From Candidatus Bathyarchaeota archaeon (GTDB taxonomy: Archaea > Thermoproteota > Bathyarchaeia > 40CM-2-53-6), in the NCBI GenBank assembly GCA_005888635.1, contig VBAW01000017.1, positions 4,537-68,536 on the forward strand: a stretch of 64,000 bases of DNA. The letters are read 5' to 3'. The translations under genes and the position numbers were made by a program. Below are positions 25,831 through 35,080 of this stretch, piece after piece (the first letter of the stretch is position 1; each line of letters opens with the position of its first letter). A model generated the notes under the pieces. The model did no database searches. It was not told the origin of the DNA and was given only the letters and a program-made list of their open reading frames with translations.

Positions 25831-26595
25831 TTGGATGCGATGACGACGGTTTCAAAAAGGCTTCCAAGTGGGTGGAAGACATCGGAGCGTAACGGAAGAT
25901 CTGCCGTCAAGAGAGCGCTCTCTTCTTGTCCAGCACCTTATCGCAGCAGATCTGTAGGCTCTTTGGCCGACCGTAGAGTCTGGCAGAAGGGGGTTCGATA
26001 TTTGAAGAGGAGTGATCCGATCCTCGCCCGGATAATCGATAGAGTGGGTCCGGTCAAGTTCGAACTGGATGACGATCACTATGAAGCGGTTGTGGGCTCC
26101 ATCATCTTTCAGCAGCTAGCCGGTTCAACTGCTCGAGCGATTCTGAATAGGTTCAAACAACTCTACGGGGGACGAGTTCCTAGTCCGAGGGAATACTTGT
26201 CAACTGATGTTGAAAAGTTGCGTGGAAGCGGGTTGTCCCCGCAGAAAATCTCCTACATCAGGGATCTCGCTGAACGACTGGAGAACGGGACTCTGGACCT
26301 GAAGAGGCTGGAGAATCTCCCTGATGAGGAAGCCCTCAACGAACTGGACAACGTCAGGGGAATCGGGAGATGGACCGCCGAGATGTTTCTGATTTTCAAG
26401 CTGGGCAGGACAGACGTGTTGCCGGTTGATGATCTGGGTCTGCGCAAGGCGGCTCGGAAAGCTTACAGGCTTCGAACGCTTCCGAAGAGAGATAGGTTTG
26501 AACAGCTAGCGAAGAAGTGGCATCCTTACTCTTCAATCTCGACCTTCTACCTCTGGAAGAGCATGGAGAAGCCTGAAGCTCCCGCGAAATGGTAG
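25831..26595 (+). CDS. HhH-GPD DNA glycosylase (AlkA-like 3-methyladenine DNA glycosylase II)
   Basis: LDNVRGIGRWTAEMFLIFKLGRTDVLPVDDLGLRKA is the HhH-GPD motif with the catalytic Asp. The N-terminal ~50 aa of the ORF are Arg/Ser-rich, so the true start may be later (for example TTG at 26002). Confidence 0.8.
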   Translation: MDAMTTVSKRLPSGWKTSERNGRSAVKRALSSCPAPYRSRSVGSLADRRVWQKGVRYLKRSDPILARIIDRVGPVKFELDDDHYEAVVGSIIFQQLAGSTARAILNRFKQLYGGRVPSPREYLSTDVEKLRGSGLSPQKISYIRDLAERLENGTLDLKRLENLPDEEALNELDNVRGIGRWTAEMFLIFKLGRTDVLPVDDLGLRKAARKAYRLRTLPKRDRFEQLAKKWHPYSSISTFYLWKSMEKPEAPAKW

Positions 26596-26872
26596 CACAA
26601 GACCTGTCCGGCTTCCCCCAAAGTTTCCAATTTTCGAACCATTCTAATCTGTCAGCAAGTGGGCCTGATCTGCAAAGAAACAAAGAGTTGAATCAGACAC
26701 AGAATGTAGATTACCTACAATCGTGTCTGAAACCGCTAGACAACCAGCGAGTTCGGACATCTCAGGCGAAGACCCTCAGGGAAATAATTCGGATTTTAGA
26801 CGATTGGATAAATTCACACGCTTAATCGAGGTTAGAGCGACTACTCGATTCCTCGAACACGATGACTCGGTC

Positions 26873-27766
26873 TTATTTTCTTCCTATCCAGCATGCGTTC
26901 TTACTCTTGTCGTACCAAGAGTTAACATATTCACCAGTCGCTATTCTATTGCAGACAAAATTTGCGTCGCAGTAATCACAGATTTCTTCGTTACCGATGA
27001 CCCAGCCGGTCCCAGGGTCCATGTCTGTCTTTACTTCGACCATCTCTTCCGATAATCCCTGCGTCAGAGTGTCGAGGGGATCCTGGGTGCACTGGTTGCA
27101 TCCTTGAGCGCAGGGATAGGGTTCGACCGTGTAGAATGGCCCATTGGGACCATTGGCAGTGTCGTGATAATCACAGAAACTATTGCATGAGACGTCGCCT
27201 GAAATTGAGGCGGTGGTTCCTGGTGGCAGGAAGATGTTGTAGGCACCGGCAGTTCTGAGGTCCGCTACTGTTCCGGAGCTAATCCAGCCGATGAGGGTCT
27301 TGGCGATCTGATCGTTGGAGATTTGGGAGGGAGGGTCTTGTGGAATCATGACTGGTCCGATCAGTTTGCCAGTTCCTACATTGTACGTGCTTAGCCCGCC
27401 TGAGTAGCTAGTATCGGATTCTAGATGCGCCACAACTAGCTCTAGCCTCTTCATCCATTGTGATGAAGATGGTTTAGTGTAGTAGCTGCCCCAGTAAATG
27501 TTCTGCCAAGTATAACCGTCCTGCCAGAGGGGTCCACCGTTGTATTTCACGATCGATGATGTTGTTGCCGGGTGGACTCGGTGATTGCAGGGTTGAGAAT
27601 AGTGCCATATTCCAGAGGGCTGCTTGTCGTATGTGAGATTGTAGTCGACGACAGGAATCCTAAACCGACTCTTCGTCCCTCTCACGCCAACATGACGGAA
27701 ACTGTCAGAGGAGGTCCCGCAAATGGGGCACTTGAAAATATTCCTGCAGGAGTCGCATCTGTCCAT
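26873..27766 (-). CDS. Hypothetical cysteine-rich protein with an N-terminal zinc ribbon
   Basis: 297 aa with CDSC..(7)..CPICG at the N-terminus and many further Cys (SCNSFCDYHD, PCAQGCNQC, ICDYCDANFVC). It has neither a signal peptide nor a TM segment. Confidence 0.55.
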   Translation of the reverse strand: MDRCDSCRNIFKCPICGTSSDSFRHVGVRGTKSRFRIPVVDYNLTYDKQPSGIWHYSQPCNHRVHPATTSSIVKYNGGPLWQDGYTWQNIYWGSYYTKPSSSQWMKRLELVVAHLESDTSYSGGLSTYNVGTGKLIGPVMIPQDPPSQISNDQIAKTLIGWISSGTVADLRTAGAYNIFLPPGTTASISGDVSCNSFCDYHDTANGPNGPFYTVEPYPCAQGCNQCTQDPLDTLTQGLSEEMVEVKTDMDPGTGWVIGNEEICDYCDANFVCNRIATGEYVNSWYDKSKNACWIGRK

Positions 27767-27893
27767 GATAAGCGGTCATTATCGGGCTCCGTTTCTAAAA
27801 CTTCTCTAGATAGGATTGTTACTTGCGAGCGTGGTGTTCGGTTCAGACGCTGACAAATATCGTGCAGTTTGCCCTTTGTATTTCAGAGAAACA

Positions 27894-28409
27894 ATGTCCA
27901 AATCTGCATCAACTAGCTTTGTCTTCGCAAATGCTAAGGGAGAACTCGGACACATTGTCAGCCAGCTCAAACGAGTCGGCAGCATAGAATCCGTCACTCC
28001 GGTCACCGGACGCTTCGACCTCGTGATCCGACTGAAGACCAACGAGCTCATCAAAGCATTCAACACCGTCGAGAAGATCAGAAGCATCACCGGCATCACG
28101 TCCACCCAGACAGCGTTCTCGATCGAGAACGTTTCCAATGCCAAGAACAGGGAAGAGTCCTCTGAGCCCCCGCTCGCCTTTGCGCTGGTCAAGGTCAAAG
28201 GCAAGTTCCGAACCGTGCTCCAGAAGCTAAAGTCGTTCCCGAACCTCGTCGAGGCTCACCTGATTCCAGGAGAGTTCGATGTTGTCGCCTCTTTCAACGG
28301 CTTCAGTCAGGATGAGCTCATGGAGAATTCCGTTGAGAAGATCAGCAGAATCAACGGAGTAACCGCCAGCGAGACACTTATCACTTGGACCCCCACCAAA
28401 CAACCATAG
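27894..28409 (+). CDS. Tandem Lrp/AsnC ligand-binding (RAM) domain protein without an HTH
   Basis: Two repeats follow the RAM pattern: FVFANAKGELGHIVSQLKRVGSIESVTPVTGRFDLVIRL and AFALVKVKGKFRTVLQKLKSFPNLVEAHLIPGEFDVVASF. The ATG is at 27894. Confidence 0.6.
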   Translation: MSKSASTSFVFANAKGELGHIVSQLKRVGSIESVTPVTGRFDLVIRLKTNELIKAFNTVEKIRSITGITSTQTAFSIENVSNAKNREESSEPPLAFALVKVKGKFRTVLQKLKSFPNLVEAHLIPGEFDVVASFNGFSQDELMENSVEKISRINGVTASETLITWTPTKQP

Positions 28410-28530
28410 AAACTCCTCGCTAAGGAAGCGTATCAGCTTCCTTCTATTTTTCTAACGAGAAACCTAGTTCCGCTCTATTTCTAAACTTGCATATGGTTGA
28501 ACGACCAGTTGATGCGTATATTAGACAGGA

Positions 28531-28983
28531 CTACTCGTTGACTACCCGTTCTGGCTCTATCTTCACGAGGATTCTACCAACACCCGGTTGATGATGCGGA
28601 TTTTTGCTAGTACCAAGATACTTCACGGACAGCCTGTTGTTGTGTTCTTCCGCTCCTTTCGACGTCATGTCCAGCACCCGTCCCCTGATTACGACCTTCT
28701 CGTAGGGATCCTGCTGATTGAAAATGCTCAAGGCCACCCTATGATTCGCCTTCAGATACTTCGCCTTCGCTCGACCCTCAGCAGTGTTCACAAGAATAAG
28801 GTCTCCTTCACGATCAACCCACACGGGACTCACATGCGGCGAACCATCAGACATCACAAAGGCAAGATTGCCAAAATTCTTGCCATCAATCAGTTTGATT
28901 GCTTTCTCGGAGAGTCTTGCACGTGGCATGAGTAATGCAGCTTTCATGAACGAGGACTCCGTAATTAAAGAGATGCTACGCAC
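28531..28983 (-). CDS. PPOX-family (pyridoxamine-5'-phosphate-oxidase-like, possibly F420-dependent) protein
   Basis: NLAFVMSDGSPHVSPVWVDREGDLILVNT ... YLKANHRVALSI. The likely true start is the Met at 28929 (MPRARLSEK). Confidence 0.75.
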   Translation of the reverse strand: MRSISLITESSFMKAALLMPRARLSEKAIKLIDGKNFGNLAFVMSDGSPHVSPVWVDREGDLILVNTAEGRAKAKYLKANHRVALSIFNQQDPYEKVVIRGRVLDMTSKGAEEHNNRLSVKYLGTSKNPHHQPGVGRILVKIEPERVVNE

Positions 28984-29049
28984 CGCTACTCCGAATGCTT
29001 CAACTTTGCACGCAGAACAAATTCAAATAATTTTTGTCGATGAAGTAAA

Positions 29050-29152
29050 TGGCGGGCCCGGTGGGATTCGAACCCACGATTTTGGGCTCTCTTCACTCTG
29101 AAATCGAAAGCTCCGAAGGCCCACGTCTTGGTCCTGGCTCGACTACGGGCCC
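29050..29152 (-). tRNA. tRNA-Arg (anticodon UCG) with a canonical 24-nt intron and an encoded CCA
   Basis: The minus strand reads GGGCCCG TA GTCG AGCCAGGACCA AGAC G TGGGC CTTCGG [24 nt, 29112-29089] A GCCCA AAATC GTGGG TTCGAAT CCCAC CGGGCCC G CCA. The intron 3' segment GAAG pairs with loop CTTC, as expected for a bulge-helix-bulge (BHB) splice motif. Confidence 0.85.
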
Positions 29153-29406
29153 CGCGGCCATATCCAATTTACTAGCCCTTTTATTGCCTTGCGCGATCTG
29201 ACGGGAACGTGGGTCCAGCGTAAATCCCAGAAATTCCCGGCCTAAGAGTTAGAAATATCGATCAGGAGGTGGCAGCGCTTTCCTCAAGATCCTCCGCTTG
29301 AGGTCAGGTAGTAGGATTGAAGGCGAATATCTCCAACTGCAAAAAAACCAGTTCATAGATTGCTCTGCGCCTGATATCCAGATTTCGTCCTCGCCCAGTC
29401 TGGACT

Positions 29407-30324
29407 CTATTCTGTGCCTGACCCGCTCGATAGATGTCTAAGGAATCGTTGTATTGTGCGTCTTACTCCGTGAGCTTCCGGCTTGGCTTGGTTGAAAATC
29501 GATACGAAGTCAGCGTGGTACTGCTGCGCAAGTGCATTGTCAGTTGCAAATGTGGCGTTCTCAAAATTCTTGTTCTCCGCTCTCTCTGTATAGTTATAGC
29601 TCCCCCACTCTACAGTCTTCCCATCCACAACAATGTACTTGTCGTGCATTATTCCTCCATTCGGTGAAATCAGCCGTACATCGCACCCAGCTCTTTCCAG
29701 TGTGTCGTGGAGCTCTGCCTGTCGACCCCGTGTCTCCAGGCGGTCTAGGACAAGCGCGACCTTGACTCCCCTTTTGATCGCCTCTAGAATCGCCTTCTCG
29801 ACGTACATATTCGTGAATTCGTAGGCCGCCATCTCGATGCTCCCCACAGCGCTATCGATTAGAGCGACCGCTTGTCGTTCTATTCCTCCCGCCGGGGAGA
29901 ACAGAGCATTAACGCGAGGGGTTGACAGCTCACGCCCCACTTTCTCCGGTATACTGGTGTTCTGTTCTTCTTTCGAGACCGGCTCCAGACTGTCTGAGAC
30001 CGCGTTCTCGACCTTCCCAGGTGAAAGGACGGCTTGACCGCGATTTGAAAAGGGCCGCAAGGTGAGCTTTGCTCCCGTCTTCCCTTCTAGCGAAAGGAAG
30101 AGCTCAGTCCGATTCCCAGATCGATAAGCGCCCTCGATCCAAAGTTCGATCGAGTCGACGTTCAGACCCTTGAACCAGTCCAACAGCTCATCCAGTTTCA
30201 GCCTGAGACTCTTGAAGGGTGTAATCCCTGCGATTTGAGCTGCGGGGTTCTCGGGCGGCCTGAAAACCAGCACTACGTCGTCCGTTACGTCTGACCTACC
30301 CTTCCCAAGCAAGCTCATGTCCAT
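29407..30324 (-). CDS. Phospholipase D-family (HKD) nuclease-like protein with an unknown N-terminal domain
   Basis: The C-terminal ~165 aa resemble Nuc/PLD and carry a single HKD motif, HDKYIVVDGKTVEWGSYNYTERAENKN. The N-terminal ~140 aa have no recognisable motif. Confidence 0.8.
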   Translation of the reverse strand: MDMSLLGKGRSDVTDDVVLVFRPPENPAAQIAGITPFKSLRLKLDELLDWFKGLNVDSIELWIEGAYRSGNRTELFLSLEGKTGAKLTLRPFSNRGQAVLSPGKVENAVSDSLEPVSKEEQNTSIPEKVGRELSTPRVNALFSPAGGIERQAVALIDSAVGSIEMAAYEFTNMYVEKAILEAIKRGVKVALVLDRLETRGRQAELHDTLERAGCDVRLISPNGGIMHDKYIVVDGKTVEWGSYNYTERAENKNFENATFATDNALAQQYHADFVSIFNQAKPEAHGVRRTIQRFLRHLSSGSGTE

Positions 30325-30428
30325 GGCTCCCTATCGAGATTCATTGAATAACCGATTGAAACCCGCGTGCATCCCTCTAGGGTATTGGCCCCAAGAACGG
30401 AACTCTGCTCCACGTAAGCGGCGAGGCC

Positions 30429-31182
30429 TTACTGGTGAAAGGGCAGCCAGTCCTTACCTTGAATCCTTTCCGACCTCATCCTTCTGAAGATTCGGCTCGC
30501 TTCGATTCTGATCTGGTGATAGTTGATGAAGCTGAGAAACACGACTTCGGCTAGAGGTATGACCGCGTATGGATAGAGAGCCGTGGTTATCCCTGTGCTG
30601 AAGACCATTTTGAGGAAGGACGATCCCATCTCTGGGTATAGCAGGGGAAGATTCGACAGCGCTAGGATGCCGAGAAGTGCCCTGATGGCTGGCATGATCC
30701 TAATTTTATTGTAGATTAGAAATAGTGGGAGGGCGACGACCGCAAGTCTCGGATCGAAGAAAGCAAGTCCTAGAGCCAGCCCTGACCATGAAGCCCTTCC
30801 CGTCTTGCCAAGGTAGAATGATAGGGACAACAGAAGAGTCTCGAACACTTTTGATTGGCCTTCTTTCTACTGCCAGAAATAAGCGATTGAGAATCCCCAG
30901 CCCGGGGCTGGAGCGGGCACTAGCAGGACGATAACTTCGGCTATGATCGTGAAGGCCCATCCCTTCTCTTTTGTAAGGCTGTAGACCAGGATCATTGAAT
31001 AGTCTCCATGCTCCAATGTAGACTCCGGAGAAATCCTTGGCGAGAGGCTGGTTCGAGCAGCAGCCCGAATCAATGTTAGGTATTTGTGGATAGGCAGAGA
31101 GAAAGGTGCTGAAGTTGAGAGCTAGCAGCCTACAGACCAGGTCGAGAAGAGCTTTCTTGCCCAGTTTTCTGGTCTCCCCCAT
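30429..31182 (-). pseudogene. Disrupted integral-membrane gene (one frameshift plus one in-frame TAG)
   Basis: Three ORF pieces are present: 31182-30706 (meaningful only up to about DFSGVYIGAWRLFND), 31073-30867 (hydrophobic, ends YFWQ-TAG) and 30848-30429. The last piece is in the same frame as the middle one and continues KEGQSKVFETLLLSLSFYLG... with further TM helices. Confidence 0.4.
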
Positions 31183-31296
31183 TTGAGTCTGACCCGCTTC
31201 TGGCCGATAGAGGATGATGTGATTATTAATCGGAACAGTTCGTGCCTAATTCAAACAGTCGGGCGGTTCGTGGGATACGAGAGGTAGAACATTCTA

Positions 31297-32022
31297 ATGT
31301 CATTATCCGTTCAGGCGTGCATAGAAGCAAAGTTCGTCACGAAATCCTACGGCAAGACCGTCGCGCTCGATGATGTCTCCTTCAGCATCCCATGCGGCGA
31401 AAGGTATGCTCTTCTCGGTCCTAACGGGGCTGGGAAGTCAACTACCCTGAAGCTTCTCGTCGGCCTTTTGAAATCCGACACTGGGACGATTAGGATCAGC
31501 GGATACGAACCGTTCAGCTCGGACGCCAAGTCGATTCTCGGATATCTTCCGGAAGATGCGACGCCCTACAGGACATTGTCTGTCAGGGAGAACCTAGAAT
31601 ACATCGCCGCCCTTCGAGGAGTGAAGGATGTCCGTGAAGCGACTGAGAGATTCTTGGATGATTTGAGCCTCCGAGAGTACGAACGGGCCAAGGTCGGCAA
31701 GCTCTCGCGCGGGAACATGCAAAAACTAGCCATTGCCTTAGCACTCATCCACAAGCCGAGAATAGTCCTCCTTGATGAACCGCTAAACTATCTTGACATC
31801 CCAACTCAAGAGAGAGTTTTCAAGATGCTAAAGTCTCTCGACTCGACTCAGATAGTTTCCACTCACATCATGTCAATCGCCACACGACTCACAGAGAAGG
31901 TCATCATGATCTCAAGAGGGAGGATTGTCTGGAACGGGACCATTGACACGCTAAAGAGTCTGGAACAGGGCGAAGAGCCGATAGAAAGCGTCGTTGCTAG
32001 GCTAATGACAAATGCTGGCTAA
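31297..32022 (+). CDS. ABC transporter ATP-binding protein
   Basis: Walker [10 protein letters not shown], signature LSRGNMQKL and Walker B IVLLDEP. Confidence 0.9.
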   Translation: MSLSVQACIEAKFVTKSYGKTVALDDVSFSIPCGERYALLGPNGAGKSTTLKLLVGLLKSDTGTIRISGYEPFSSDAKSILGYLPEDATPYRTLSVRENLEYIAALRGVKDVREATERFLDDLSLREYERAKVGKLSRGNMQKLAIALALIHKPRIVLLDEPLNYLDIPTQERVFKMLKSLDSTQIVSTHIMSIATRLTEKVIMISRGRIVWNGTIDTLKSLEQGEEPIESVVARLMTNAG

Positions 32023-33427
32023 ACTCGTAAAGTTCGTACTCCTAACCAGGTTCTCCAAGCCGCTCCTTGGCCTCGTAACTTTCTTTCTGATCTACGATGT
32101 GGTAATAAGAGCGGTTACGACTGGAGGCTCTCCAGAATTCTCTGGAGGATTCTCCTATTACGCTGTAGGCGCTTCGATCTTCTTCATCACGATAAGCCTC
32201 CTTTTCGGAGGTCTGTTCATCCTAAAGTCGGACAGGGACTACTTGCTGACTCTCCCGCTGAAACGAAGGGAGCTCAGCCTCTCGCTATTTACGGCTCAAT
32301 TCGTCGGTTCCGGCATCACCATACTCTTCCTCTTCGGATTCTATCTTGCGGGCGCCGGAACTCTCCAGACCACGATATTGCTAGGGGCAGACCTAGCGAT
32401 CCTGGCGGCTGTAGTCACTGCGCTTGGCGTCATCTCGAACATTCTCTCGACCCGAGTTAGGGTGGGGCTCGCAGCAATTCTCGGAATCTGGTGCCTCTCT
32501 TCGATCTTCGGGAACCCGTTTACCCCCGTTTCTCCTTTCACGGGAGACCTTCTGTACGGCAGCATAGTGCTGTTCGGTTTCGCAGCCATAACTGTGCCCG
32601 TTGCTCTGAGAGAGTTGGCCTATCTAGAGCTGGGATCGATGAGGAGTCTTTTGAGGGCTACCAGTTCTGAGTACAAGAAGACAATGAGCTTCGCTGGTAA
32701 GAGTCCCGTGAGAGCGATCTACTCTTACCACTTGTCATTCTTGGAACTGGTGGGGAGAGTCAATCTTGCGGGCTCCACCAGTTACAGGGCAGCGCGTGTA
32801 AGAACCTCTACTGTACTCATTATCTCCAGTGCTCTAGGCGCAGTCTATCTTTTTTTGGCCGGGCTATCGCCATTTGCCGATCTTCCGTCTAGGCCCGTCG
32901 TCATCGTCTTGCCAATTCTCATGGGAATCATTACCCTAGTCTTGATGTCTCAGGGTACGTTCTCTAACGAGAGAGGTTGGCTTGCCTTTACTGCCATGGA
33001 CCCGGCGGTATACCTGCGGCATCTTCTTCTTTCAAGAGCGGTCTCGACCTTAGCGATAACAGGGCCCTTCGCCATTGCGAATATAGTCCTCGCTTTTCGG
33101 GGCGTCCCAGCCGCTGTAAACTCCTCCATTGTGCTTCTCGTTACAGTTTCTTCAGCATCGATCCTCGCAACTTACCTGGTGGCGAGGCTGGGCGCTGTTC
33201 AGCAAGTCAAAGAAGAAGGAATGATGCCTGGACAATTTGACCTGAAACAACTTCTCGCCATCATCCCCACATACATTGTAATCATTCTCATAGTAGTCTC
33301 TGAGATATCATTGACAGCCTCCATCGTCATTGCTGGAGTCCTCGGGACCCTCTCACTGCTTATGATGCTAAGCAAAAGCGTCTGGAGAGGAATAGCCTAT
33401 CGTCTCACCCAGCGCGGATTTGTCTGA
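32012..33427 (+). CDS. Hypothetical polytopic membrane protein, presumed permease partner of the ABC ATPase
   Basis: 471 aa with more than 10 hydrophobic helices. It overlaps the ATPase gene by 11 nt. Confidence 0.6.
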   Translation: MLAKLVKFVLLTRFSKPLLGLVTFFLIYDVVIRAVTTGGSPEFSGGFSYYAVGASIFFITISLLFGGLFILKSDRDYLLTLPLKRRELSLSLFTAQFVGSGITILFLFGFYLAGAGTLQTTILLGADLAILAAVVTALGVISNILSTRVRVGLAAILGIWCLSSIFGNPFTPVSPFTGDLLYGSIVLFGFAAITVPVALRELAYLELGSMRSLLRATSSEYKKTMSFAGKSPVRAIYSYHLSFLELVGRVNLAGSTSYRAARVRTSTVLIISSALGAVYLFLAGLSPFADLPSRPVVIVLPILMGIITLVLMSQGTFSNERGWLAFTAMDPAVYLRHLLLSRAVSTLAITGPFAIANIVLAFRGVPAAVNSSIVLLVTVSSASILATYLVARLGAVQQVKEEGMMPGQFDLKQLLAIIPTYIVIILIVVSEISLTASIVIAGVLGTLSLLMMLSKSVWRGIAYRLTQRGFV

Positions 33428-33452
33428 CCCTACTTCTCAACGTCCTTTGCGA

Positions 33453-34847
33453 CTAGTCCGTGAACTTGTAATGCCGGTAGCCTTGGGGAGTCACATCGAT
33501 CAGAACGAACTCGTTTTCAGGTTCTGCCACAAACTTCCTCCCATCCGGCAGGGGTCCTGCTTCATGAAGCGCCTCATATTCAACCAAGGACACCGGTCTG
33601 CGGTGCTGCAGCTTCTCTGAATGACCAAATTTCCTCGCGACCTCACTCCATCCTTCCTGAAAGACCCAGCTAGAAACTTTTGCTTTAGAGCCGCTACCAT
33701 AGTTCCCGGAACCTCCCCTTCTCCCTGCGAGATCAACGCCTCTCTTCGCCTTTGTTTCAAGAAGCATCGAGAGACAGCTCTTCTCAGAAGCTGAGTAGCT
33801 GTTCCCGCTTTCCTTCGCATGAATGAGACCATCCGCAACTTTGTCCAAGTACTCCCTCTGAAACTGCGGCGTCTCCATGAAGTGGTGCATGTAATCCGAT
33901 TCGGCTTTCTCAAACTCCTCCCTCTTCCTGAAACTCGTAGCTTTGGGCTCGGGTCCAATCTTTTGAGTGACTTCCGTCCAGCGGGGTAGTCCCCGCCAGA
34001 AGTGTCTCAGAAGGTAGGCGAAGCCCTTCTCAGCCATCTTCGGATATGGTACGTGAAACGACATTGGTCCAACATGGTCCACTAATGATTCTCCGGGTCC
34101 AGCCTTGATCAACTTGGCGGCCTCTGCCTGTTCTGCCCAGTCATCAACCGCGCCCTCCATGGCTTTCAGATAGCATTTCTCTGAATGCTTGCCGTGTACT
34201 ACTGCAGTTGTGGAGAATAATGGTCTCCAGAAATCGTCTTCATCCTCCATGTAAGTGCCGATGACGTTGTCGAAGCTTAGCAATCTTGGTTCCTCTCTGA
34301 CCAAAAGTGCGACGGCTCCTGCTCCCTGGGTGGACTCTCCGGGAGTATTCAGCGGATACTTTGCAATGTCTGTTGAGCAGACAATGCTGGATCTGCCGTT
34401 GGCGCGACCTGCCCATGCCCAGTCCAGTGAGCTCTCTAGGGCATCAGCCGTACTGACACAAGCAAACTTGTATTCAACCCCTGACGTTTTCTTGAGGGCA
34501 CCCTTGCCATACTTCTGTTCTAGCATTCCATGAACGTAGGCTGCGACGGGTTTGGACTCGTCAACCCCTGTCTCAGTGGCGATATCGATTCTAGCAATGT
34601 TCGCGGGGGAAAGATTGTTCCGCTCGATTAGTTCGAAGATCGCGTTTGCAGCCAAGACCGAACTGTCCTGGTATGTGTCTGGAATAGACATCTTCGCAAT
34701 CCCGATCCCATGCAGATACTTTGCAGGGTCAGACTCTCTCGCGCGCGAAAACTCAGTAGGCTTTTCCGGATGCTCTTCACTAGCTAATTCCAGATATAAT
34801 CGAGGAACGTAGACCGCAATGTCGTCAATGCCAACGGATGTCTTCAA
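33453..34847 (-). CDS. Hydroxymethylglutaryl-CoA synthase family protein (long form)
   Basis: 464 aa with IDIATETGVDESKP, YKFACVSTADAL (nucleophile Cys region) and GESTQGAGAVALLV. These motifs are typical of HMG-CoA synthases. Confidence 0.85.
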   Translation of the reverse strand: MKTSVGIDDIAVYVPRLYLELASEEHPEKPTEFSRARESDPAKYLHGIGIAKMSIPDTYQDSSVLAANAIFELIERNNLSPANIARIDIATETGVDESKPVAAYVHGMLEQKYGKGALKKTSGVEYKFACVSTADALESSLDWAWAGRANGRSSIVCSTDIAKYPLNTPGESTQGAGAVALLVREEPRLLSFDNVIGTYMEDEDDFWRPLFSTTAVVHGKHSEKCYLKAMEGAVDDWAEQAEAAKLIKAGPGESLVDHVGPMSFHVPYPKMAEKGFAYLLRHFWRGLPRWTEVTQKIGPEPKATSFRKREEFEKAESDYMHHFMETPQFQREYLDKVADGLIHAKESGNSYSASEKSCLSMLLETKAKRGVDLAGRRGGSGNYGSGSKAKVSSWVFQEGWSEVARKFGHSEKLQHRRPVSLVEYEALHEAGPLPDGRKFVAEPENEFVLIDVTPQGYRHYKFTD

Positions 34848-35080
34848 TAGTCAACCTCCAGAACCTGATTGAGAGCTAACGAGCTGGTTTCTGCCTCTGA
34901 TGAAGCATTCTCGACGGCACGAAAAGATAGGTTCCCTGTTCTCCTTAGAGGCTTGTTTTCAGTTACAATCCTTCGTTGTATCCTTGAGCCGATGTCAGAA
35001 AATAGGATACTATCGGATTCTGTATCTGATACGATATAGTTTATATCCAGCCCAGCAATCACCTCTCAAAAGCTGGTCAA

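Noticed and set aside
25825-25882. Apparent head-to-head overlap of the dcd and alkA-like ORFs.
   Set aside because: The overlap disappears when dcd starts at the conserved MALSDSEI (25825) and the glycosylase starts at or after 25831. It reflects the longest-ORF convention, not a real overlap.
30864-30869. In-frame TAG in the membrane gene, considered as a possible pyrrolysine or readthrough codon.
   Set aside because: The same gene also has a frameshift upstream, and no pyl genes or PYLIS-like context are visible in the window. A pseudogene or sequence error is the simpler explanation.
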